From the NCBI GenBank assembly GCA_036172245.1, contig JAYWIR010000026.1:1612001-1676000 (forward strand): a stretch of DNA of 64,000 nt, read 5' to 3'. Source of the DNA: Raillietiella orientalis. Taxonomy: Eukaryota. This document shows, piece after piece, positions 1-12,621 of this stretch. The position numbers were made by a program, and so were the translations under genes. The notes under the pieces were generated by a model that searched no databases, was not told where the DNA came from, and was given only the letters and a program-made list of their open reading frames with translations. Position 1 is the stretch's first letter; the number at the start of each line of letters is the position of its first letter.

Positions 1-516
1 TAGGCTCTTCGCCTCCGCACTCGTGCAGTCCGACGGAGGCGGAAAAGGGTGGACGCCCCCCTTGCCCTACTCTTCCACTTCCTGGAATGGCATGAGTGAC
101 TTCCGGTCCCGGTCCATTCCGCCTGAGGGAAGGAAGGGGAACTGACGGTCTGAAAAGCCTCCAGGGTCTGCAGCCACAAGACCTAGGAGGATCCGGGCAC
201 CTGCGGGAGCGCGATGTTCTGATGGCGAGCACTCCAGAGAAGAGGCAGGAAAGACTCCAAAGCAGCTACAGCCGGAGTCTCGTCGACCTTGCCCCCCATC
301 CACCCCCTTCCTTCTCTTCTTCCAGAACGAGAGAGGAAAACAGGGAAGACCCCGGGAAAGACAGGGAAGGGTAGACTGCAGAAGGGAACCCCCAGCCATT
401 CGAAAGATCACTGAAAGAAAAGATGGAAGAAGAAAAGGAAAGGAAAACATTAACCTTCCTTCGAGCCTGCTAGATGAAAAGATTCCGTTCTTTCTTCCGC
501 TTTTTGTTTTTGTTTT

Positions 517-522
517 TTTATT
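517..522 (-). terminator. Putative polyadenylation signal (AATAAA) of gene A
   Basis: tttatt on + strand, ~215 nt downstream of the gene A stop. Confidence 0.4.
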
Positions 523-735
523 CTCGCTGAAACCAGGGCCTGCACGCTCGACAAGGGATAGTGCGGAAGGTCGCCGCCGCCGCCGCCGCCGCTGCCATCG
601 TTGCTCTTCCAGTGTTTCAAAGGCACGCTGCTTTCCGGAATCACCTTCTTCCCAAAAAGCTTCCCTACCCTGGAAGAAAGGAAGGAGTGCACGTTCCCGG
701 TGTTTCCCTGAGGACGACCACCCCCATCCTCCCCG

Positions 736-1613
736 TCACGCACCAAGCATCGGTATGCGGAAGCCCCTCAGCAGATTCTGGAGCTCAGCTAGCTGTGTGG
801 TAAAGATGGTGGTCAGGTCGCTCAAGGACGGAAACCCTGCGTTCCCCAGGTTCATCAGGACGGTGTTGTTGCCGATCCTCCTGGTGATGGGGAAGCTGCG
901 CTGCAGAGATTCCTGGTGGGAAGAACGAGAGGAACGGAAGGAGGGGCTCTTTTGATCGGAGTCGGGATCACGCAGACGTTCGAGACCGGGAGAGAACCGC
1001 TGCACGATTGGGTGCGCCGGTGGGGACGACCTGGCAGCGCGGTAGTCAGTTCATCGTCCTACCTTAGCTTCCGGTGGGTAGAGGTGAAGGAGGGAGGATC
1101 CAAATCCGATCCACGAGGAGCGCCCGTCATCGCGTGGGGTAAGTCACAAGGAGGAGGAATGAGAGAGGAACCGCATGCCCCCTCTCTTCTCTCGCTGGTT
1201 ATAGGGGAGGAGGGGACGAGGGGGAGGGAGGGAGTGGCTCTCCACAACGCATGCCGCGAGATCCATGGAGCTCTTGATGGGCTGCGGCGGGGGGTGGAAG
1301 CGGAGGAAAGAGGGAGAGCACACGAGCACGGACCCACCTTACCCTCGCCCTCCTTTGTGGAGGGCCCCTCATTCAGGAGTGCTTCCGGGGGAAGTTATTT
1401 TGGAAAGAGGGAACAAGCGGAAGCGGGAAGAGGTGAGGTAGTACATGCGCCTAGAGACGGGGGAAGAAATGGGCGTCTACTCCTTACCTCCTGATGCTGC
1501 TGCTGCTGCTGCTGCGGCCGCTCGCCAGAAGACTCGAGGACTCTTGCGGCGCTCAGGACCACGAGCGCCAGAAAGAGCAGCAGCGTCCGTCCAGCGGTGT
1601 TTCGGATAAGCAT
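736..1613 (-). CDS. Orphan secreted protein A (~100 aa); exons 1613-1488 and 912-736
   Basis: Signal-peptide exon MLIRNTAGRTLLLFLALVVLSAARVLESS...QE ends at a GAG|GTAAGG donor (phase 0). It joins a pyrimidine-rich ccaccag acceptor in frame to ESLQRSFPITRRIGNNTVLMNLGNAGFPSLSDLTTIFT...MLGA*. An optional phase-1 intron 743-670 would give ...MLG*. Upstream TATA, downstream AATAAA, and a paralogous motif in gene B. Confidence 0.65.
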
Positions 1614-1777
1614 CGTCGTCGTCGTCGTGTCGTTCGCTCGCCTTCGTAAAGAAGGACACGGTGGTGGTGCCGCAGGGGATGACGTAAGCAGCCGTCAGCG
1701 CGAGGTCGGTCGTCGGATCGCTCCTCTCTCTGAGCGTACGCTCGGACGCAGCCTGCCTCCTCTCTGCCGGAACGCCC

Positions 1778-1785
1778 TTTAAATA
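1778..1785 (-). promoter_or_regulatory. TATA box (TATTTAAA) of gene A
   Basis: Isolated AT-rich octamer in GC-rich context, ~165 nt upstream of ATG 1613. Confidence 0.45.
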
Positions 1786-2799
1786 CTTCGCAGGAGAGGC
1801 GGCGGCGGAGGCCTCCTGCAACAGCGCCGAAGGAAAGCTCGCGCGCGCGCGCGATCCGGCAGACTTCTTGGAGGCGCTCGAAGGCGCTCGTTCTTGCAAG
1901 GAGGAGGGGCGCGATGGGAGGGGGCAAGCAGCGACGGAGAACTTGGAGATGAGCGCCGAGAGAAAGGAGGAGAAGAGGAAGGGGGAGAGAGAAAGAAAAA
2001 AAAACGCGGGTTCTGGGTGGACCGTTACGACCGCCACCAAAAGCGCATCCGGCTAGCGAGTCGCTCCGTTCTGCACACGGACCGTTCCTCTCTGCTATGG
2101 AGGAGCGGCGCCCAGAGTCTGAGAAAAGCGCATGGAGGGAGGAACGGCATGAAGAAGGAAGAAGTGCTACGTCTTCCTGCCTCGACAAGAGATGCTGGAA
2201 GATCGTCTTGGAGATTCCGGCTGCTGGACACCTTCGAGGTCAGGGCAGAGAGACTGCGTGCCCTGAATAGCGTAGCCTCTAGGAGGCTAGGGAGCGAATC
2301 AGCATGACCGGAAAAAAGGGCGAAAGCGGAAGCGTCCTTTCCCTTGGGGCCCCAACAAGGGCAGGAAAGTGGCTCCTCAATGAGCGTTGTACTCCGGTTG
2401 GTGGAAATAGGGTTAGAGGATCCCCTTTGCGACCCTCGCTCCTAGCCAGAGGCGTCTCTAGGGCTCTCGAGTGCAACCGGGAATCCTTTCTCCCTTCTTG
2501 TAACAGGAAAAATCAGAATGTGATGAGAAATGAAGAGGCTCTCTCCATTTCCTGCTGTGCTCATTTTGCAGGCGTTCCCTGTTCGGAGGAGGAATGTGGT
2601 GGTCGTGCCCATGTCAAGGAGGAGCTCCGTCTTCATTTCCGGGAGCACTGATCTTCACCCCCCATCTAGCTACCCGAAAGCCCGTGATCACGGAGAACAG
2701 ACCTAGAGGAAGCCAGCAGGGTGGACCGCTGCAACGGCTGAAGCCCGGAGAGCAGCGGAACTGGGAGGAGTATTGCTGAGCAGGATGGTGCTGGTTAAG

Positions 2800-5100
2800 G
2801 GGTGAGGGGCAGGAGGAAACAAAACGGCTATGGTTGTCATGGTGATGATGGGATCGATTGTGATGTCATGCTCTGCACATACAGTAGAAAGCGACAGGTA
2901 TGGGGAGCTTTTCCAGCACCCATTTCTTCCTGCTCCTCGTCCAGAGACCACAGAGGCTCCATCCTCGCAGTGGCGGCACGCGGCTGCGTCTCCTCTTTCG
3001 GCCCCTGTATTCCAGCTCTGTTCCTCAAGGATCCTCTCCTGGATTTCCAGGGACCCCTTTCCTGACCCCAGCTTCCACTTACTGGATCTGAAAGACGTCC
3101 CTCCGTCCTCTGACTCCGTCACTGCAGAGAAAAGGTAAGGCAGTTGCGGCAGGGAGCCACTCGAAAAATCGAGCGTGAACAGAAAACGATTACCGTGCCC
3201 ACTTTCGAACCTTTTCGACCTCTCTCTTGAAGTTTCGGGTATTCTAGAGATCTCTCTCTTGGGGCTTCCGGGTCACCTAGGGATTGAAAGCTTGCCGATC
3301 CGATATGGGAAAGACCACCAGTGATGTACCCGTTCGCCAGGATGAATCTCATTCCATCTTTGCACCTGCCAACGGACTTTCAAGTAGAGGGATCTCCAAT
3401 CCTGCGGTGGATCCGGGAATCAGACCAGGCGGGTTTGTCCCAGGTTACTTCTTTCCTTCTCTTCTCTACCGTCCAACGGAAGGAGGATCCAACTTTCCAA
3501 TTGGCCTACAGCTATCCCGTTGAGGAAAAGGGACGAATCCTGGATACCGTCCCCTGACAGACTACCACCAGGCGCTTCTTCCGGGGAGCGGGAAAGAGCA
3601 AAAGGCAAAAATCAACAGACCACCCGCTTTAGAGACGGAGATAAGAAGAACTGCTTGTCCGGTAGCAGAAGGACCACCGTAGCTTCCCGGGGGCGACCAC
3701 GCATCCGACCCAGACCTTGTCCCCCCGGAGGTGGTCGGAAGGGGAGATAGGGGGGGGCGTAGAAGACTCTGTACGAACGTCTTGCGGAGGTCCACGAGCG
3801 TACGTGGACCGCTCAGCTGCACCAGCCGGTGGTCTGCCCGATGGCTACGCGTCCTCGAGGCAGTCGAGTTCCGATCACGCCCTCACGCTGCTCCTGGAGA
3901 CCCTTGGTGGTAACGGTTCTCTACTCTGGAGGTGATAATGGTCTGCATGAGGATGCCGGCAGTGGTACGAAGGCGTCAACATCAGGAGCCGTGCCGGAAG
4001 CGCTGACTCGAGGTGCCTTCTCGTGCAGAGAATGGGAGTTCGCTGTACCCCCGCGGAGGAGCGGTCAGCCGTCGGGAGCGAGGACGTCGTAATCGCACGC
4101 TGAGGTTGGCAGGAAAGGCCGCGCGCGCTCATCCTCAGCAAATCCGGGCGCACGTGCAGGAGGTCGACGTTCGGACCTGGGAAGGGTCACAGGCGCCTTT
4201 CCGCTCGACAGCATCGCCCGTGGGTTCCGGAAAGCGGAAAGATCGCACGCCCGCTAGATCTTTCGTTTGTCCATAGCCGCCTTTCATGCCCTCTACGACC
4301 CCCTGCCCTTCAGAGCTCTTCTCAACGTCCTCTCAGAGCACTCTTTTCCTCTCGGTATAGGGGGACCCTCCCCAAAGTCCACTTTCATGTTGTCCATACG
4401 GAGTTTTTCCACCCACCCACCCGCTGAAGCGATCTGGTCCGCCGCCCTCGTCAATGATCATCCAATGCTTTCCCCGGAGACTTTCCTTTGCTGCTTCCCC
4501 ATGGCGACTGTGCCTCTCTGGGTCCCTGGTTCGGAGCTCCTGCTCCTAACCCCGGAGTCCGGGAAGAAGTCGAACTCTCCTGGAGGAACCAACCCTCAAG
4601 GTTCCGCACATGGTTTCTTTGCTGTCCAGGATTCGAGAGAATCCCAGTCTGGAAAGGGAAACGGAGCGTTCCGGATGGACCGGATGGACCCCATCTTGAG
4701 GAATATGGACCATAACTCTGTTGAATTCTGATCGCTCCACATTCCATCTTGAAGGTCCATCCGCAGCATCTCCCTATGTGGGAGGAGCTCGGCTGACAGA
4801 GCTCGAGCTTCCGATCTACTCTGAGAGCTTCCGAGGATGCAGCTCTGGAAAAGAGTCGGCAGCTGCGGTGACAACCGACCCTTGAGGAAAGTCCCTGGAT
4901 GGACGGCGCCTCTTGGCAGGTCGGTGATCCAAGCAGCACCCCTGATGTCCTGAATAAAAATCCTCCCTCTTCCATGATGCTTTTCGTCCGAACGATTCCA
5001 GGTTTCCAGCTTCTTCCCGGAGACCCTCCATAAACATTCTCCATAGCACGTTTGAAATCGAGGATGTTCATTCGGTGCGCAGATGAAAGCATCTTTCAAG
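2800..5100 (-). mobile_element. Decayed L1/Tx1-like LINE, ORF1 and AP-endonuclease remnants
   Basis: Fragments across frames: ELWSIFLKMGSIRSIRNAPFP (ORF1-like), RFILANGY (~NVYAP), SLGDP (~GDFN), frameshifted SR-LDF, and KWKLG..IQERILEEQSW (~WKLN). Boundaries approximate. Confidence 0.3.
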
Positions 5101-5249
5101 AGGCTCTCCTCTCTAGAGCGCTCAGAGACACGGCCTTATTCCTGGCTGTTTCGCTTCCCATTCATGGGTTCCCGAAGAGAAACGACTCAAGGAAGACCTC
5201 AAGATATCTGAATCGAAGTGTTTGGATAGGTATGTCTCTTCGTGGTCTT

Positions 5250-6950
5250 CAGAATGCTACTGCCGCTGACCCCTCCTCCGTTTCGCATCTTCATAATGGG
5301 ACTCGTAAGACCCTCAGGAAGTTCCAGAATCTCTTTGTTTCCCGGAAAGCTTCCTGAAGTGCAACGCAAAGTTGCACTGAACTGCACGAGAGGCCGAGAA
5401 TTCTGCAGATTAGACCGGGTGACTCCCTGCCAGGACTTGTTTCCAGGACATCCCTCTGTTCCCACTACCCGGAGGACAAAGTATGCAGCATTGCGACCAT
5501 CCCACAAGATCTCTCATCCCGCAATGGGATCTGTCTTTCTTCCCCCAACAAAAGATTAGCAGTAGCAGCTCCTCCGGAAAGAAGCTTCTTGTGACATTCT
5601 GATGACCCCCGCGGTCCCGGTTCTTAGAGCAAGTTGATGCCGAAGCTCAAACACGAATTGGAGATGCGATTGGATTCCTCAAAGGAAACCTCAAGATTCA
5701 GACGCGATGAGGTGATGCAAGAGGAAGGAAGCTGATGAGAGATGATCATCTGAAGAAAGCTCTCTGCTCTCTTTGAAGAACTCGCACGGGCTGTGAAAGT
5801 GGGGTAGAACTCGGCGGAACTCGCAAAGTCGAGGAGAGCTCGGCCGCCGAGGAAACTGGAAATCCTTCAGAGAAGTTCCGCGTGAGGCCTCCTGACCCAC
5901 CTCGAGGAAAGCTGACCTCGAATAGCATGTGAGTTCCAGTCTTTCCGAATCCGATCATCGGGGGAGGGCAGTTCCGGCCTAACAGTTCCCTCACGTTCCC
6001 TACGCGCGCGCTGCGCCTCTTGGAACGAGGAAGAGACTCGCAGATCGGCAAATCACCTGAAATCAGGATGTCGGGACAGGGAGAATGAAGAGAGGACTCC
6101 CGTGCTCTCTCCCGAGGAAATTCACGAGAATATCTTCTCCCTTCACTATCGATCTCGATGTATCCGGAACCCTGAAGGAATTCGATTCCGTTTCCGTAGT
6201 GACAAACGCAGGATAAGCAAGCCCTTGGGTCGTCCCCCTCGCCAAGTCCTTGAAGATCCCGAGTGGATGACGGCAGCAGCCATGTTCCCAAAGTTTACCC
6301 ACCCTGGTCCAGGCAACCCTGTTGACCTTATTCCAAGCATAGAGGAAACTACTTGTCTCTTCAGGGAGATATTGTTCCAGCCGCTTCATACGGCTTCTGG
6401 TCCAGAAGGTGCGTTCAACAGGCGTTCAACTCCTCGACTGTGCCATGTGTCCCAACGCACCACCACTCCACGCGCCTCGCATACGTGTCTCGGGGAATCC
6501 CGACATCCCCCTGATGTTCTTTCTTCGGTCCCTCCTCCTGTTTCCTTCCATCGTACTTCCAAAAAGTAGAGGACATGGTGAATGGCGGTGGCTCGGTTCT
6601 CCCGCTAAGGAACCACGCCTGACCGAAGTCGCGAGGCGGCTTGGATTGGCTGACTGCCATGGTTTCCGCTCAGCCTCTCGATCTGGGACTAACCAGACCA
6701 CCATTTTTCCGGTATGACAACTGCAGAAACTGTTGAGCAGACACTGGATGGTGGTATCTCGCCCATCTCGTCCATCATCTCCACCCACGACTAGTGCCTT
6801 CTTTTTTGTGAGGGTTTCTTGCACGAGTGACCAACGAAGAATCTTCACTGGGAACCCCTGCGGAGGGCTACGAAATGGCTCCTGGAGGGACCGGCAGCCA
6901 CAGGAGCGATTTTTGGATCTCTCGCCTAATGGATGCGAGGAACGGACATG
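5250..6950 (-). mobile_element. Decayed L1/Tx1-like LINE ORF2 (RT to zf-RVT)
   Basis: Motifs in the expected order across frames: QGF; ALVVGGD..LL..GKMVVWL; SPCPLLFGSTMEG..NIRG; TYARRV (~YADD); YEAAG; TLGTWL (~YLGI); GEDILVNFL..LPVP..SLFL; GGL; KLLSGGAAT..SCG..LHTL; KRFWNFLR. Confidence 0.5.
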
Positions 6951-8899
6951 GAGTTCCTGGAACAGAATGGAGGAAGCCAAGGATCGCGTGTACTGCCGCC
7001 TCCCGGGCAGTCGGTCAAGTTTCTTGAAGGTGACAGCCGGAGGAGTTTTGCTTCCGTGACATCCTTTGAGGAAGCAACGGATTTCTTTTCTTTATTTTTT
7101 TTACAAATCACGGAGCACCCTAATGCTCGGTGTGAAGGGACAAACGGCCAGGGGCTACCCCTTTTTCCGTGGAATCCTCCGTCCCAGAAAAACCACCCAC
7201 CTTCAGATCCCCTGAAGCTCCTCTGATTCGTAAAAGAGTTCTTTTTCCCAGTCCCTCTCGTAAGAATTGTGGAGTTCCCCCACTGGGCGTGTGGCCTGAC
7301 GGAATCCCGTTTGCAGCTCTACGGCTTCCCCCCCTCCTTCCCTGAGTGGAACGGTGAAAAATCCCGCAGCGCAGCCAATCGAGGAAGACCAGCGCGAATG
7401 GCAAGTTCCCGCCTACCTCGGCCGGAGCGAGCACGAGAGGAGCAGCAGCTTCAGAGACGAGCCGATGAGATCGGGAAGAACGGGAAGGAGGGCCACTCGC
7501 GGGCGTTCGCAGGCAGGCGACTGCCGAGGGCCGCTCGCCTCTGAGCCCTTCAGGGAAGGAGCCCTGGACTCGAGGAGATTTCCCTCTGGCTTCCGATGAT
7601 TTCGGCGGGAGGAGAAGAAGGGAAGAGGAGAAGGGGATCAGGCTGCCGTTTCCTTGCACGGTCTACGGATCAAGGGGCGCCAAATAGGCAGACGGCGGCA
7701 TGCTTTTCCTCCCTTCTAGTCGTGGATGCTGTCTGCAGAGGAACAAACACGTAAGCGCTTTCGCCCGTGCTTCGGGGGTCACCATTGTATGAGTTGATTT
7801 AATGAACTCCGCAGGCACCGATCGGGTCCGAGAACAACAACTCTCCATCTGGCCTCGATGGGAGCAGGGATGGCGGCGGAGATTGAAAGTCTCTAGAGGG
7901 CAGCGCCGTCCGGCCGCGAAAGCCGGCAGTCCGGGAATAGCAAACATCGATAAGAACCACCTTGATTTCTCTTACCGAGGTGGCGCTTGACCTCGTGCGA
8001 GACGGGAGTGCTTTCCGAATAGAGGGTAGTCCAGTAGTCCCCTCTCGGCTCTCGCAACATCTCCGACTGCTGGAGCGATAGCGCTCATCTCCATCATTTG
8101 GAGATGGGGAAAGGAAAAGGCACAGAGAAAAGCACGAAGCCCTGGAACCTTCGAGGAGTCGGTGGGTCGCACCCCACGCACAGCTCCCTTTCAAGCTTTG
8201 TGACCAGAAGCTGGAATGTCCCCTTTCCTCCTTCTTCCACCTCCTCGGCCCGCCCTCCCTCTCTAGTACTCAGGCACCCGGCATTCCTCCAAAGGTGGAA
8301 ACGTCTAAGTCAGGGAATTTCGTTTGTTCAGCGCTCGCAGGCCGCAAGAGGAGCACTGCGGTCAGATTGTCAGGATCCGGCGATGCTGAGCGGAATTTAA
8401 GCTGGGTTGACGGCAGCAGACCGTATTTTTTTCCCTCGAAGTCTTTCCCGTTCCTTCCCGTCCACCTCCTTTCCTGTTTTCAATTCAAGGGAACAGCTGG
8501 TGTCGTTGAGTTCGAAAGTTCTCGAATCGACAGACCTCTTGTAGGTTTACCGACTATTAGGTCTTCTGGCTAAGGTCAAAGGTGTAGTAGATCAAGTAAG
8601 AGATTTCACGCTGTGCAGCAAGAAATCTCCCACCAATCCGGCTGGCTACTTTCAGCACGCTTTTAAACGGGGTGCAATACTGGGGCTAGGGGCGTGCCTA
8701 CTTCCTTGGTCGCAGTCGTATCTCATGCAAGGACACTGTTCCAGAACATTGCATAGGACGGGACAGTTGTGGCCCAGGTGAAAGATACTTCATCTTGCCC
8801 ACGCAGCCGCGACCTCTTGCTGCCACGAGATGCAGCTCAGCAGCGGACAGGTGATCCACGTGTTTTTGCTGCGGAGGAACATGTGGATCTCCTACCCGC

Positions 8900-9900
8900 T
8901 GCAGGGAGGCCAGGGCCTACTACCCGCTGCTCTTTCAGGGGACGAGGGATTCTGCAACTTCATTCCAGCAGACCACTCTCCAAATGATGTTACAGGCAGA
9001 GAGAGACCGCTTCTGGTTCCACTGATGAGCCAACAAAGACATCCTGAGAAAGTGGACCTGAACTTCCGGTTTTTCCAGAGCCGGTATGGCCCGAGTCCCG
9101 CGTCATCACGCAACGTTTTTGCTCTTGGGGGTGTAACGAATTACCCTCCTCTCTCCCTTCTGTTCTCTGCACCTTCCGCGCTTGTTCAGAATGCCGAGAT
9201 GGACGCGGATTTCTTCAGCATCTCAGATGGCAGGAGAGGACGTTATCGCCTACTTGTGTGGAGCCACCCCCAAACCTCGATCAAGAAAGGTTCCTCCAGA
9301 CGCGACTCTGTTGCGAGACTTCGAAGAACGCGATAATTCTTCAAGAAGAAGGAACCTCCCTCTCAGATCTTCTTGCGTAGGGTAGGATGGCGGCCGTGAT
9401 GAGTATAAGATCCAGATCTCTCCGGACCGGCTTTATCTTCAGCTGCACCGAGGAACGAACAGGTTTGATTCCAGATGTTCCCAAAATAGTTGGTATCTCT
9501 CCGCCGGAACCATTCACGTCACTTGCCACACTTGGGGTGGATCACGCGATGCTCGCCTGCCATTTCCGGCCAAGACCTTCCTTGATGGTAGTCTTTCTCC
9601 TGCCGTGGAAAAGACCACGAGGCATCAGCAACAGTTTGAGAGCACCGCGCCCCTTCGTCAGCAACTGTCGCCCTGCCGCTCTGCCCCGCATGCGAGGAGA
9701 CTCCCCGCAGAATTAGAACAAGAATTCCCACGAATCCACCTGCTTCGAAGGACAGCTCTTTCACGTCTTGGATTAATTCCTTCCTCCTTGAAGCACATCA
9801 TCATCCGATTTCACAGAGACCTTCTGGAGGATCAACCGGCTCAACGCTCCAACAGCATCCGAACTCAAAGCACCTTGACAGACCAGCCAAGTCTTACGGA
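8900..9900 (+). mobile_element. Possible decayed LINE RT fragment
   Basis: HSPND..LVPL (~KSPGPDG), NYPPLSLL (~NYRPISLL), IVGISPPEPF..GV (~NG..F..GVRQG); very eroded. Confidence 0.3.
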
Positions 9901-10559
9901 TCCGAAGGATGCTGGAGCAACCGAGGGAGCTTCTGGAGAGTGGGGAGGCGAGGATGGCATGGGTTTCATAGAAAAAAAGGGATGCTCCCCTGGAGACGCA
10001 GGATACAGCTTTCGAAGAGCAGACTCCGGGACGACTGCATCGGAAGAGAAAACTGGAAAGTGCTCGGTGAAGGGAGTGGGTGGATACGGAAAGGCGACCA
10101 ATGGGTTGAGGAGAATAGAGATGGGGAACGAGGGAGAGATGAGGCAGGAAGGGGATGACCCTGTAAAGCCGCAGCGATTCGCAAGGCTTTCTACCAGAAG
10201 AGATGCTCCGAAATTTTCACCAGCCTCAAGGCCACGCTCAAAGACAGCGCCACCTCTCATTCTTCAGCATCCAGTCCCTCCCTCCCTTCATCCCTACCAC
10301 GTCGTACTCGCGGGGAGACGAGAGTTCCGCTTGGCTTGCATGCCGCCATGTTCTTGTCTGAAAGAATATGGCTTTCTCATTGGACGGAGAGGCATCTTCG
10401 CGGTCGTTGCCGATGATGACGGTCATTCCAGAGAGAGGAGGAAGTGAGAGGGAAGAAAAGCGAATCACGAGCCTTCAGAACCGACTGGGTTCACTGCGGG
10501 AGTTACTGCGGCAGAGCATTTTATAGCGCTTCTCTTCGTCGCTTGCTGATTGAACAACC

Positions 10560-11560
10560 GGTCGCTTCCTTTCTTGAATGTTTGTTCATGTGCTGGGTCC
10601 TCTCCCGAGACCAAAACACCTCATAATTGGTAGCAGAGCGCTTCCTTTCTCATTAGCAGAGCGCTTTCCTGCGACACGATGATGGAGGCCATTGGTGGAA
10701 GTAAGAAGAAGGGAAAGAGAGTCCATGACGACTCCCCTGGTGATTGTGTTACGATTAGGATCCGGAGGAAGACAAGTGGGATAGCGGAAACAAACGTCGA
10801 CGAGGGATCCTCCGAAGATCCAGGATCGGATGGAATCGGGATGGATGAGAACGGTACCAGGAACGGTTTTGCTGCATTTTCCGGGAGTCTCCGTCAGGAA
10901 TAGCCGCGCTCCCCAGTAACCGTCCGCAGCAACAATTTCTCCGCCTTTCCCATTCCCTACTCCGTCTGTGGTCCAGCGTTGCTTGTCCATCGCGACAGCT
11001 ATGCGGAAGCATACGAAGATGACCAAGGTGGGAGCAGACGCGCAGTCTCCTCGGAAACAGCCTCCCCGAGTCTGGATCGCGTCGTTTGGCAAGTCTCCGA
11101 CACATCCCTGGAGTGGCGAATTCTTGCGGATGTCTACTCACCCGGACATCTTTGGCTCCTTGGATCCCGACTCCTCCACCAGCTGAGTCGCTTATACCCT
11201 TCCTCCTGCCCGCGCGGTTTTTCCGACTGCTTTATTTGAGGTAGCAAAGGCATGCTTTCAGTCCCTGGAGCACATTTTCTTACTCTTTCACATGATGACC
11301 CTACCTTCCGGCTTGATTTCAAGACTTCGGTAGGTTCCAGCCGCGAGAGCCATGAAAGCGCCACGGCTGACTTCCGCTTCAGTAGAAACAGCGAGGGAGC
11401 AAGAGGAAGGTTCTTGGCAGAAGCTCGGGATGAGTCTCTGCACCTCGCGCCTGAGGCACTTCACACGGATCCTCAAAGTCATGGGGCCGGAGGCAGTCCC
11501 GAGGAGAGAGAGGCATGTGAGAGTCGACTCATCTTCCTCGAGGGATGCCTTCTTGTGTCG
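10560..11560 (-). mobile_element. Decayed L1/Tx1-like RT fragment
   Basis: TASGPMT (~KAPGPDG), QEEGYKRLSW (~KAFDRV.W), TRGGCFRGDCASAPTLVIF (~RG.RQGD..SP.LF), IVAADG..LFL (~YADD..FL), in order. Confidence 0.45.
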
Positions 11561-12310
11561 TTCTTGGGAATGCCGGACAAAGTGCGCATCGTCCTTCCGA
11601 AGGCGAGCTGGGAAGGATGGCTCCGCTCCCGCTCGAGCGCCGGTATTCCAGACCCAAGAAGGAGAGAGGGAGGAGGAAGAAGGGAGGGTGGCGAGTTGCA
11701 GGTGTCCTAACCCGAAGTCGAGGGAATGAGTTTCCAGGCCTCTCGGAAAAGCCTCTGGCACAGCTGGTCCGATGACGACGATCCTGAACAGATGCGAAAG
11801 GGCGCTCCATCCGCGTGAGCAGCGACGTGGGCATGCGGGGTGGGGCACGCGCTGCCAGTACGTGGGCATCGCGCAACGTGCACTGCAAGAAGGCTCCTCT
11901 TGCACAAGGACAGAAGAGGTGCGGCCTTACCAACTGCTGCTATGCAGAGTCCTGCCGCAGCAGCCTTTGCAAACGTACGCTGCTGCAGGCGGGCGCATGC
12001 GCCCGCCTTCCTCTCCTGCGGAGCTGCAGCCGGGTCCCGCACCAGAGCGTACGCTCCCTGATTTCGAGTTTTCCAGCTGTTTGCGGACGTGGGCGTGGGT
12101 CAGTGACCGCTTCCGATTCGGGTTGGACTGAGGATGTCCTTCCGGAGCGGGCTTGGGCGCCGGAAATTCCGGGCTGTTGTCTCCTGGCTCCGTGCACGTC
12201 TCGGGGAAGGCATGTGTGAAAGCAATGCACGAAAAGGGGAGGGGGGAGAGGGGAGAGAGGAGGAGGAGTAGAAGAAGAAAGAAACAAAAGCGGAAACAAA
12301 AACAATTTTT

Positions 12311-12316
12311 TTTATT
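12311..12316 (-). terminator. Putative polyadenylation signal (AATAAA) of gene B
   Basis: tttatt on + strand, ~305 nt after the stop at 12622. Confidence 0.4.
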
Positions 12317-12621
12317 TTTCGGGTCTGCCGGGATGGTCGCTCGGGAATCTCTTCCGGGTCTCTCTGAGTGTCCATGGGAACGGGAGGGGCCACTCGTTCT
12401 TCCGGCTGGCGTCGAGGCGGCCCAAGCCGGTCTGGCGCAGCACCGGGTATTTCTGCCGCGCTGTGGAGGACAAGCAGGGCTGTGGGGCAGCGGGGGAGCA
12501 AATCCCCCGCCGCCGCCCTCCGGGCCGCCTCTTGCCGGGACGAGTGGAAGATTCCCTGGATTTTTTCGTTTTTCCGCGAAAGTTCCCTCCGGGTGTGTCT
12601 TCGGTCGGTGCAGGGGCCGCG